Below, piece after piece: positions 5,756-13,948 of a stretch of 17,935 bases of DNA. The stretch comes from Candidatus Heimdallarchaeota archaeon. GTDB taxonomy: Archaea > Asgardarchaeota > Heimdallarchaeia > Heimdallarchaeales > Heimdallarchaeaceae. Position 1 is the first letter of the stretch, and the number at the start of each line of letters is the position of its first letter. The notes beneath the pieces were generated by a model. It searched no databases. It saw only the letters and a program-made list of their open reading frames with translations, and was not told where the DNA came from. Both the position numbers and the translations under genes were made by a program. The stretch lies in NCBI GenBank assembly GCA_019057375.1, contig DXJF01000100.1:1-17935 (forward strand), in the 5' to 3' direction.

Positions 5756-8626
5756 TTATATCCCTGTGATTGCTTCTGCTCGAGAGCCTAGTATTACATT
5801 TGTTATGAAGAGACTGGTTATTTGTAATAACATTAGAAGCACTCCTATAGCACAGAAAATTTGGAACTTCAATGGATTCCATGCCATATACCATGTTATT
5901 GTTCCAGCTTTTGATGAGAATATCAAAAATATCGTCGTAGAGACTTCTGATAGACAATATAGGAAGGAAACTAGTGAACCAGCGAATATATTGAGGGAAA
6001 TTAATGGTATAGTAATTCTTGAAAAAGTTCTCATTCTAGAAGCACCTAAATTGAAGGAAGCTTCTTCTAGAACTGCATCCACTTGTTGTAACCCCGCATA
6101 AGCTGAACGAACCGTAAATGGTATTTTTCTTACTGTATAGCTCATTATTAGCAGAGTTACTGCAACTCCAATGAATGGATCTAATCGCAATCCTGCTGTG
6201 ATGTTAGCCATCATCTTGTTGAACCATGAAGGATTCCTGGTTGCTATTCCACTCCAATCAAAAGTTCGATAATAACCAATAGCTAAAACAATACCTGGGA
6301 TTGCGATAGGTAAGGTTACCAGTGCATCCAGAGCTTTTTTACCTACGAAGTTCTTTCTACTTATAACATACGCAGCAATGGAACCTATGATAATAATCAA
6401 GAGTGTTGCAAGGACGCTATAAACCAACGTATTGATTATATACGGCGGTATATTATACGTTGTAGATACAAATACCGCTCTGTAGTTTTCACCCGTGAAA
6501 GCTAGATCTGAGGGTTTCGTACCTCCGAGCGTTTCTAGAAACGACATCAGGATGACTCCTGTATGCACCAATAATGAGAATGCAAATAGTATAATCAAGA
6601 ATGGGTAGATGTAGAATAACTTCCATTTAGCTTTGGACATCCTGTATTGTCCTGCTCTACCTTTACTTACCATTGAATAAGTTCGTAAAGATACATACTT
6701 CCGAATCGCAAAGAACCCAATAAGTGCAATAATAAGGAGTATGCCTCCTAAGACACAGACTTCCGGCGTTATCGTAGCAGAACCCGCTTTCGAGTAATTT
6801 TCAAATATATAATAAGGTAGAAATTTCTTAGCACCAGTATCTCCCATTGCTGCAAAGATGATTGGGGTTCCTACATCTTCCATAGAAAGAATCAAAACTA
6901 ATATTGCTCCAGCTCCAATTCCTGGCATAGCTAATGGCAATGTAACAGAGGAGAATAAACGAAATTTTCCTGCTCCAAGATTCTCAGCTGATTCTTCCAT
7001 GCTTGGATCTATGTTCAAGAAGGCTGAAAAAGCATTAAGATAAACTAAAGCATAAAAATGCGATACTTGAACAAACACAATAGCGAACAGCCCTGAGAAG
7101 ATTAGCTTTGTCTGAAATGCTGGAATTAAGAAGAAATTGTTCAAAAATCCATTAGGTCCTAGAATTAACCTGAAACCCATACCTGATATGAACGGAGGTA
7201 TAATGAGCGGTGCAAGGGCTAGTACACTTACAAGTTTCTTCCCCGGAAACTCATACCTTGCTAGAACAAAAGCCAAAGCAGTACCAAGTATTACTGAAAA
7301 AATAGTAGTCAAGATTCCAAGAATAATAGTGTTCAGAACCACCCCATGATCTTTTCCGCTTAGAGTTATAACAGTAATCTCTATAGTATCTTCATATACA
7401 GCTATAAGAGTTAATTCAACTGAAACTTGAGAAGTATCTAGGATTTGAGTTCCTCCTTTTAGTTGAGAGAGGAAAATGAGATCATTTGTCGTATCAATGA
7501 AGATATCTTCTGTTCTATACACAGCTGTAGTGTAGTTGTTGACACTTTCAAGATTTGATGGATTAGAGACATCAAAAATTCGAATGCCATACTCAAACGT
7601 TATGTCATTAATGGAGATGAAGTAACCATAATTGCCTTCAACCCAAACCTGGAATAATCTTTCAACATCACCAACATTATAGTAATCAACACGCACCATA
7701 TTTAATGGGTCTGTAATGTTGAAAATAACTAAACCTTTGCTTCCTAAGGTGATGTAAGCTAAGTCCCCCTCTATATCTATATCCTGTGTTGTTAAAGTTC
7801 CAACTACCGGATCATCATTATAATGCGCTATCTCTAAGGGATTGACAGGATCAGAAATGTCATAGATTTTAATTCCTGTTGTGTAGCCTACAACATAGAC
7901 AAGGCCATTATCAATTACAACATTATAAGCATTCGTAACAACATCCACTGTAGATAGAACTTTTGGATCTGCTGGGTCTGTAACATTAATAATAGCGAAT
8001 CCCTCTCCATTGATATCTAAAATAACTAAATTGTTTTCAACAGCAATAAAATTAGTAGTATTAGCAATATCATACATATGACACATAGGAGCAAAGCTTT
8101 CGTGAACATCAGAAATGTTGAAAATAACTAATCCGCTCTGACTTGCAGCAGTGTATAACAAATCATCTTGTATCACTAATTCTCTAAAAATACTGACTTC
8201 TTCGTAATACTGCCTTATTTCCGTAGTCTCATTGGGTTGCGAGACATCTAGAATCTCTATACCTTCACTTCTTTCAGCAACAAAAGCAATATTATTATCA
8301 ACAGCAATAGCTGCAGCTGGACCTCCTTTATCTTGTTTATCTTTTGAAAAGAACTGGGTTTGATTATCTCCTGGAAAATTAAAGAATAAAGTATCACTAA
8401 AGACATTAGCTATGGGCGCACCAGACCATTGACCATTGAAATAAACAGCACCAGACAGAACTGAGAATAGTGGGATTACCATCCACACAATAAAAACAAA
8501 AGCTACAAGGACGATGATGAAATTTGTCGAAGGTTCTCGCAAAAGTTTAACATAAAGAAAATCAATTATTGATCTTCTCTTTTTACTCTTTCCCTCTTCA
8601 TTTGTTTTTTTACTAGAGCTAGCCAT
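5756..8626 (-). CDS. Fe3+/thiamine-family ABC transporter permease (FbpB/ThiP-like, two BPD_transp_1 units) with inserted LVIVD-repeat beta-propeller
   Basis: Two EAA loops (DPSMEESAENLGAG; DAVLEEASFNLGAS) and typical helices (NTIILG, LAPLIIPPF, TLPIAIPGIVLAIG). Seven G-x-x-I-x-[DN]-x-[ST]-[DNQ]-P-like repeats between TM1 and TM2. ATG at 8626 (MASSSKK) is preferred over the track's TTG at 8635. Confidence 0.88.
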   Translation of the reverse strand: MASSSKKTNEEGKSKKRRSIIDFLYVKLLREPSTNFIIVLVAFVFIVWMVIPLFSVLSGAVYFNGQWSGAPIANVFSDTLFFNFPGDNQTQFFSKDKQDKGGPAAAIAVDNNIAFVAERSEGIEILDVSQPNETTEIRQYYEEVSIFRELVIQDDLLYTAASQSGLVIFNISDVHESFAPMCHMYDIANTTNFIAVENNLVILDINGEGFAIINVTDPADPKVLSTVDVVTNAYNVVIDNGLVYVVGYTTGIKIYDISDPVNPLEIAHYNDDPVVGTLTTQDIDIEGDLAYITLGSKGLVIFNITDPLNMVRVDYYNVGDVERLFQVWVEGNYGYFISINDITFEYGIRIFDVSNPSNLESVNNYTTAVYRTEDIFIDTTNDLIFLSQLKGGTQILDTSQVSVELTLIAVYEDTIEITVITLSGKDHGVVLNTIILGILTTIFSVILGTALAFVLARYEFPGKKLVSVLALAPLIIPPFISGMGFRLILGPNGFLNNFFLIPAFQTKLIFSGLFAIVFVQVSHFYALVYLNAFSAFLNIDPSMEESAENLGAGKFRLFSSVTLPLAMPGIGAGAILVLILSMEDVGTPIIFAAMGDTGAKKFLPYYIFENYSKAGSATITPEVCVLGGILLIIALIGFFAIRKYVSLRTYSMVSKGRAGQYRMSKAKWKLFYIYPFLIILFAFSLLVHTGVILMSFLETLGGTKPSDLAFTGENYRAVFVSTTYNIPPYIINTLVYSVLATLLIIIIGSIAAYVISRKNFVGKKALDALVTLPIAIPGIVLAIGYYRTFDWSGIATRNPSWFNKMMANITAGLRLDPFIGVAVTLLIMSYTVRKIPFTVRSAYAGLQQVDAVLEEASFNLGASRMRTFSRITIPLISLNIFAGSLVSFLYCLSEVSTTIFLIFSSKAGTITWYMAWNPLKFQIFCAIGVLLMLLQITSLFITNVILGSRAEAITGI
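7391..8320 (-). repeat. Seven LVIVD-type repeats (about 42-49 aa each) inside the permease
   Basis: GIEILDVSQP, GLVIFNISDV, GFAIINVTDP, GIKIYDISDP, GLVIFNITDP, GIRIFDVSNP, GTQILDTSQV. An identical 18-mer AATGTTGAAAATAACTAA occurs at 7715-7732 and 8114-8131. Confidence 0.85.
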
Positions 8627-8633
8627 TTTATTC

Positions 8634-8647
8634 AACCAAATTTGGTT
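8634..8647. promoter_or_regulatory. Perfect 14-bp palindrome AACCAAATTTGGTT upstream of the permease start
   Basis: Self-complementary, 7 nt upstream of the ATG at 8626 on -. A BRE/TATA-like CAAAAAGCATTAAG lies at about 8664-8677 on -. Confidence 0.4.
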
Positions 8648-8760
8648 AGATAGGATGTAATATCTTAATGCTTTTTGAATTTTCTCCTTAGTTTATAAGT
8701 AAACTTGGAACTAAAAATAGAAACACTAGAGACAACAAATAATTTTCCAAATAAGCGCTC

Positions 8761-8778
8761 AAAAATAAAAAAAGAAAA
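8761..8778 (-). terminator. Oligo-T tract between the binding-protein and permease genes
   Basis: TTTTCTTTTTTTATTTTT on - about 10 nt after the SBP stop. Confidence 0.55.
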
Positions 8779-8788
8779 TTAGAAGTAT

Positions 8789-10276
8789 TTACTTCTTCTT
8801 TTTCCGAATTAAAACCATTGTAGCTACAAATATTGATGTAATGAAGACAGGGATCATACCAAAAGCATTTGTATCTTCTGGAGTCAACATCCCAAGTATA
8901 GTATTATACTTCGTTTGAGCAAAAGTTCTCCATTCTCCATCCTTTGTTGAAGAAAAACCTGCATCAGTTTGATATTGCGTATTCCAGTCTAATGACTCCT
9001 GTAAGGTCATTCCAGGAACTCCGAGATCTTCAACTAGTTCATTGAAATATGTAATATTTATATCTCCATCTCTTAATTGTGTTACCATCTCACCCCAAGT
9101 ATTTCTTAGCAGTGTGTGAGGTTGAGTGATTGTGTTGTGGAAATAGTAAATTGTTGTATCTAAATTTGCAGTAGCAAGAGTTTCGTTGAAGTCTATACCT
9201 ATATTAGCCAGTGTTTCATTGAATAACGTATATGAATCAGGGAAATTTTGTCCATATGGAGTGTGAAAAGCGGATTCATTAACTGGTAATCGGTCTATAC
9301 CTGGAGTTAACCAGACAGATTGACCTTCTGGGGTATTTACATATGTTAGAAACGCTGCAGCAGCAGCATAATCATCAACATTGATACCCATAGCGATAGG
9401 ATCACCATTGACAATTGATTGACCTTCTGGAATTATGTACTCACAATCAGGATTCTCTCCCATGGCTATTATTCCATAAAAGTCGATTGTCATAGCAATT
9501 CCTACCTCACCGCTAACTACAGCAGCTCTTGTGGCTACTGATCCTGTATACATTCCTGAATTAGCACCCATTCTTGTCAGAATCGACCATCCTTCTTCCC
9601 AACCAAATGCTTGGAGGATAATTTGGTAAATTCTTGTATTGGATGTGGTTAAAGGTGGATCACCCATACTAATAGCTCTAACACTAGGACTAATGTAATA
9701 AACTGGACTTGCTAATTCTTCCCATACGGTTGGAACTGGAAGAGCATGAGTGTCTAAGAATTCATGATTAACAGTAAAACCAAAAGAAGAGATAGCATTT
9801 GCTGCCCAAATAAGACTTCCATCTGGTGCAAAAGACTTCATACTTGCACCTGCTAATTCAGCAGGAACACTGTCGTTAATAGCAACAAATAAAGCGGCAT
9901 CAGTTACAGGGTCAATGTGTTTTAACAAACCCCAATTATCCATGGTGTTGAACAATGCTGGTCCTCCACCCCATGCAAGATCCACAGATTTCGAAGGATC
10001 CTCTAGAAGCTTCTTCCATCCGTCATCTGTTGTAGCTGATCTGAAATCAATTGATGTTACACCTGCTGCAGCTGCTTCTGGTGTAGCCAAGAAAGCAGCT
10101 TCAAATGCATTTGTTAGAGTTGTATCATGTCGAGTAACAACGACAAAGTTTACAGCATTTAGTTCTGGATTTGATGGTGTAGTAGTATCTACTTCAGCGC
10201 TAATCATAAAAACTGCTGAACCTGCTAATAAAGACGCAATTAAGAAAACTAGAATAACTGTTTTTTTTATTTTCAT
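8789..10276 (-). CDS. ABC transporter extracellular solute-binding protein (AfuA/FbpA-like, SBP_bac_6 type), N-terminal signal peptide and C-terminal TM anchor
   Basis: MKIKK plus hydrophobic signal; motifs DLAWGGGP, SSFGFTVN, PTVWEELASP, GWEEGWSIL, VVSGEVGIAMTIDFY, PEGQSIVNGDPIA, FLTYVNTPEGQ; tail AFGMIPVFITSIFVATMVLIRKKKK. Adjacent to the cognate permease. Confidence 0.88.
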   Translation of the reverse strand: MKIKKTVILVFLIASLLAGSAVFMISAEVDTTTPSNPELNAVNFVVVTRHDTTLTNAFEAAFLATPEAAAAGVTSIDFRSATTDDGWKKLLEDPSKSVDLAWGGGPALFNTMDNWGLLKHIDPVTDAALFVAINDSVPAELAGASMKSFAPDGSLIWAANAISSFGFTVNHEFLDTHALPVPTVWEELASPVYYISPSVRAISMGDPPLTTSNTRIYQIILQAFGWEEGWSILTRMGANSGMYTGSVATRAAVVSGEVGIAMTIDFYGIIAMGENPDCEYIIPEGQSIVNGDPIAMGINVDDYAAAAAFLTYVNTPEGQSVWLTPGIDRLPVNESAFHTPYGQNFPDSYTLFNETLANIGIDFNETLATANLDTTIYYFHNTITQPHTLLRNTWGEMVTQLRDGDINITYFNELVEDLGVPGMTLQESLDWNTQYQTDAGFSSTKDGEWRTFAQTKYNTILGMLTPEDTNAFGMIPVFITSIFVATMVLIRKKKK

Positions 10277-10295
10277 TTCTTATCAACCTTTTTTA

Positions 10296-10350
10296 TTGAT
10301 ATCTAGTAATATCAAATAATTATCTAGCATTCAGACTATAAAGTTTTTGC
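10296..10350 (-). promoter_or_regulatory. BRE/TATA (GCAAAAAC-TTTATAG, 10350-10336) plus a 7-6-7 inverted repeat TTGATAT-N6-ATATCAA (10296-10315) near the predicted start site of the SBP gene
   Basis: Both motifs read directly. The spacing puts the inverted repeat about 20-40 nt downstream of the TATA box. Confidence 0.45.
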
Positions 10351-10475
10351 ACTATCGATAAAATGGTTTTTTAAGAAGAGCAATCGATATGGTTCTCAAT
10401 TACAGACTTTCTTGAAATTGGAACTTATCTCGTTCTAAAACAAAGAAAGAGATAACTTTCTTTTTTCTTATTTTT

Positions 10476-12077
10476 CTAATGAAAAATAACTTTTTTCTGT
10501 TCATATCCTATTTTATTTCCATTGTCGTCTTGGAATATAAATTCAATGAATGTAGGACCTAAAAAGTTTGTTGCAGGAATTTCAACCATTTTAGGTTCAT
10601 GAGAATTAGCTTCCAAAAGCATTGGATAAAGGTGGTTAGTGTATATTCCCCCTCTAGTAAAAGAAACTCTTAAAGTTCCTATTATTCCTTCCTCACTACG
10701 ATTGTATAGATGTACTGGGATACTGAAAGGCTTGTGAATTGGGGCTGTATCAGGTGCTGTTACTCTAATTTCAATGTTTATATCTTGTTTGTTTAGATCC
10801 AGGCTTGGTAATGAAAACTTCCAGTTAAGGTTTTCAAATAGAGTACCTTTAGTTTTCCCATAATCTTCATTACTAGTTCCCTTCTTACCCTCAGCTAAAC
10901 CCTTATCCCACTTGACTTCTTTATGAGCATTAATAGAGATTTCATGTTGGTTCATATCATCATAGCTGTAACGCACTTCTCTAATGTTTGAATTCCCTAA
11001 AGTATTCCCCCTCTGTAAGATTATACAACTAGGATTTCTATACAAATATCTAAAATCATGCTGCAAAGTAGGGTCTATTGGGAACCAAACACCATTAGCA
11101 AAAAACTCAGCTTGTGAGTGATGAACCCAGCCTTCATATTCACTTAGAATGATGCTTGTAGTTAATCTAGCTGGAACATTACCTGCTCTACATAAACTTA
11201 CGAATAGGGATGAAAATTCTGTGCAATCTCCTAATTTGTTTTCGATCGCGTATGTAGCCCCATAATCTCCATCTTGGGGAACATAGACTAAATTCTCCTT
11301 TACATACTTCAAAAACGCTAAAACTTTACTTAATGGAGAATGGGAAAGGTATTTTTTAGCTATTTTAGCAATACTATCATTAGAGGATTCAAGATATGGT
11401 TCAGATTTGGTATATTTCTGGTAAACCTGAGGATAAAGGGTTTCGATATTTTTTTCTTCACCTCTTAAACGTGTAATATCATAAGCAACCAAACGAGTAA
11501 CAATATCTGCTTTATACGCAATAGTAATCTTTTCTCTAGGATTAATTTGATGAAAATAAAATCTTAGCCATCGATTCCCTTCATTATCAGTAATTAGTTT
11601 TGTTGGCTTGTGATTGCTCTCAACTTTCAATACCTGCTGAATAGGAGAGATAGAAGGCGGAATCATAACATCAAGAACAAAGTTGTTCAGAGGAAAATTA
11701 TTTGGATTTTTTAGTTGAACTCCATAGAATAGTATCCAACGATATATCAAATGTTTATTTGTACGAATATTAACCTTTTCTCTTCTCTTATAATCTCCTT
11801 CAACTTGCAGGAAGTATGTACCAGAATATAAATCAGGGGTTACTGGAAAAGAGTAAATTTTCCTTAAACCCGTTTCTTCTAATCTTACCTGATCAGAGTC
11901 AATAATAGTACCTATGGGCGAAATTAACAGAATGTGTAATTTTTGATTTCTTCTACTACCAACAAAAGGAACATCTTCCTCTTTGCCAGAAATTAATATA
12001 CTATCCCCTATCTCTACAGCCAAATCACTAGATAAAGGTCTTGCTTTATTCTGTTTAACATGAACAATTTTAATCAT
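10476..12077 (-). CDS. Transglutaminase-like superfamily protein (Cys-His-Asp triad) with N- and C-terminal Ig-like domains
   Basis: GDCTEFSSLFVSLCRAGNVPAR, HSQAEFF, WFPIDPT. N-terminal MG2-like LISPIG...FPVTPDLYSGTYFLQV; C-terminal RVTAPD...IPVHLYN...GPTFIEF. Start uncertain: ATG 12077 or TTG 12146. Confidence 0.8.
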   Translation of the reverse strand: MIKIVHVKQNKARPLSSDLAVEIGDSILISGKEEDVPFVGSRRNQKLHILLISPIGTIIDSDQVRLEETGLRKIYSFPVTPDLYSGTYFLQVEGDYKRREKVNIRTNKHLIYRWILFYGVQLKNPNNFPLNNFVLDVMIPPSISPIQQVLKVESNHKPTKLITDNEGNRWLRFYFHQINPREKITIAYKADIVTRLVAYDITRLRGEEKNIETLYPQVYQKYTKSEPYLESSNDSIAKIAKKYLSHSPLSKVLAFLKYVKENLVYVPQDGDYGATYAIENKLGDCTEFSSLFVSLCRAGNVPARLTTSIILSEYEGWVHHSQAEFFANGVWFPIDPTLQHDFRYLYRNPSCIILQRGNTLGNSNIREVRYSYDDMNQHEISINAHKEVKWDKGLAEGKKGTSNEDYGKTKGTLFENLNWKFSLPSLDLNKQDINIEIRVTAPDTAPIHKPFSIPVHLYNRSEEGIIGTLRVSFTRGGIYTNHLYPMLLEANSHEPKMVEIPATNFLGPTFIEFIFQDDNGNKIGYEQKKVIFH

Positions 12078-12349
12078 GTGGAAGCCACTACTTAGTAATG
12101 CAAATAGGCAAAGAATTATAGTACTTAAACCCGTTCCTACTATCAAAAGTAGCTTAAAATTTCAATTTAAATATACGTATTATTGTCGGAGTGTCTCAAG
12201 TGACCGTTTTCAGCGTTTTTCCGATTCATTCCAATTATTGAAATAAATCCAATTTTGAGGATTTCTAGCTCTTGACAATATTTTTGTCGGAATCCTCATT
12301 TCAATTTTTTCATCAGAAAAGTTTAATTAGGAGAATATTTCTGTATTAG

Positions 12350-12370
12350 GTGCACATATGTGCACGGTGA
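12350..12370 (+). promoter_or_regulatory. Perfect 16-bp palindrome GTGCACATATGTGCAC (12350-12365) abutting SD GGTGA (12366-12370)
   Basis: Read directly. A BRE/TATA-like CAGAAAAG-TTTAATTA lies at about 12314-12329. Confidence 0.5.
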
Positions 12371-12375
12371 AATAA

Positions 12376-13401
12376 ATGAAAAGAAAATATATCTTTAGTT
12401 TAATTCTAATTGTGGGAATGATAGCCGGCATGACTACAACAAATGCTTATACAACTAGTATTGATTTCTCCGGAAATAAAATCGCATTTGATATTTCTCA
12501 TGGAGGTTTTCACACAACAGAAGCTGATCTTGCTCCCATAATAGGGAACCTTACAGCTGCAGGTAACGAAGTTATCTTCATAAATGAAACTTGGGGAATA
12601 CCTGATGATGTAGACGCTTTATTCCTAACACAACCAGAACTCATGTATACAGCTACTCAACTCGCTGATATTTACTGCTGGTTCCACGGAGGAGATAAAT
12701 TACTCTGGATTTCAGGAGATTCTGATTTTGGTGGTTACTTCAATCCATGGTCAAGCAACGCAGTTTTAGAACAACTTGGTGCTATAGTCAGATTTGCTGG
12801 AGTTTCAATTGAAGATCCAGACAACAATGATGGATCAGCCTATCGTGTTGCTGCAACTGAAATTGGTGTTGGAGATGCAGTATATGATGATCTAGCTATT
12901 GAGCTAACAACTGGTATGGATGCTGGTGTAATCTTTCATGGTCCTACAGCAATTATGGCACACAATGGATATGATTACAGAGATTTAAGATATGGAAAAT
13001 CAGTCTTTCCACTAAGAGTTAAGGTGATTATGACTTATAGTGGAAGCGCTATTGCACTTGACTCTGATACAAGTGATGGTGTTCTCGATTATTACGCAAA
13101 CGTAACAGGAGATATCACAAAGGAAGGTTTCTATCCAGCTATTTGTTATGAAAACGTTACTGAACTGGGTAGTCACATAATTGTTTCAGGTGAATCTATC
13201 TATACAAACTACAAATTTATGTATGGACAAAACACCGAACAAGGAGAATACAATGATGGTACTCACTATGGTCAATTGTTAGTTAATAACATACTCAACT
13301 ACTTCTTAGAAACTCCTCCAGATGCAACTTCATATGCATTTGCTCTACTTCCATTAGCAGTAATTGGTGTAATATACGCTGTTTCCCGCCGAAAGAAATA
13401 A
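12376..13401 (+). CDS. Secreted, C-terminally anchored surface protein with a GATase1-like/GIFT (GldG/IFT52, DUF4350-like) domain
   Basis: Signal MKRKYIFSLILIVGMIAGMTTTNA; KIAFDISHG...NLTAAGNEVIFIN...DVDALFLTQP...GGDKLLWISGD; IIVSGESIY; tail SYAFALLPLAVIGVIYAVSRRKK; sequons NLT, NET, NVT. Confidence 0.65.
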   Translation: MKRKYIFSLILIVGMIAGMTTTNAYTTSIDFSGNKIAFDISHGGFHTTEADLAPIIGNLTAAGNEVIFINETWGIPDDVDALFLTQPELMYTATQLADIYCWFHGGDKLLWISGDSDFGGYFNPWSSNAVLEQLGAIVRFAGVSIEDPDNNDGSAYRVAATEIGVGDAVYDDLAIELTTGMDAGVIFHGPTAIMAHNGYDYRDLRYGKSVFPLRVKVIMTYSGSAIALDSDTSDGVLDYYANVTGDITKEGFYPAICYENVTELGSHIIVSGESIYTNYKFMYGQNTEQGEYNDGTHYGQLLVNNILNYFLETPPDATSYAFALLPLAVIGVIYAVSRRKK

Positions 13402-13405
13402 TCCA

Positions 13406-13426
13406 TTTCTTTTCTTTTTTCTTTTT
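13406..13426 (+). terminator. Oligo-T terminator
   Basis: TTTCTTTTCTTTTTTCTTTTT just after the stop at 13401. Confidence 0.65.
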
Positions 13427-13534
13427 AGTTTAAAGTAAGTTCTGGTGAGGTAATATTTTTGAGGAGATGTTATCTCATCTAAATTGTTAAATATCGCTTT
13501 CTTAAGTGATAATTGTAATAAACGCGTGAGATTC

Positions 13535-13948
13535 ATGGTCATCATCTGGGGTTACACACCTTCTGAAGCTCTACCAAATAATAAAATCATTGGAGAAAGA
13601 GTAAACGTAATCAAACAGTTGTTTTCTGCTATACTTTTTAAAACTGGAATTAAGGGAATATGTGTAAATCTAGGAGGAATCTCGCAAAAACCTGTTGTTA
13701 AACTAGATTTGGTGATTGATTCTGAATCAATCTATGAAACTAGTTTTTCACCAAAAAGGGCGAGAAAATATTCATTCGAATTAGATGAGATAATTTTTCC
13801 CAAAACAAAAATAGAGGTTGTGATGTCTGTTTCCAATGGATCAGTTGAAGTTGCTATTTCTCCTATTGGAACAGGAATGGGATTTCAAAAACAGGATGAC
13901 GAATTTGTTCCAACAAATCACTTTCCTTTAGGTGTAATTATTTCTTAG
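13535..13948 (+). CDS. Hypothetical 137-aa protein, predicted all-beta
   Basis: Fills the gap between terminator and GNAT, with a 4-nt convergent stop overlap with GNAT. ATG 13535 is preferred over TTG 13484. No recognised motif. Confidence 0.55.
   Translation: MVIIWGYTPSEALPNNKIIGERVNVIKQLFSAILFKTGIKGICVNLGGISQKPVVKLDLVIDSESIYETSFSPKRARKYSFELDEIIFPKTKIEVVMSVSNGSVEVAISPIGTGMGFQKQDDEFVPTNHFPLGVIIS

Noticed and set aside
5679-7349. ORFs 5679..5957, 5745..6101, 6858..7043, 7137..7349
   Set aside because: They overlap the permease or the Zn-finger gene in other frames or strands, with no motifs; typical shadows of membrane-protein codons.
7391-8320. CRISPR-like or mobile repeat interpretation of the DNA repeats in the permease
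   Set aside because: The repeats are degenerate, in frame and encode propeller blades; no constant repeat-spacer period, terminal inverted repeats or transposase.
9915-10319. 134-aa ORF on +
   Set aside because: Antisense shadow of the SBP N-terminus.
10353-10388. Two ATCGAT palindromes 29 bp apart upstream of the SBP promoter
   Set aside because: Six- to eight-mers are expected by chance in AT-rich DNA.
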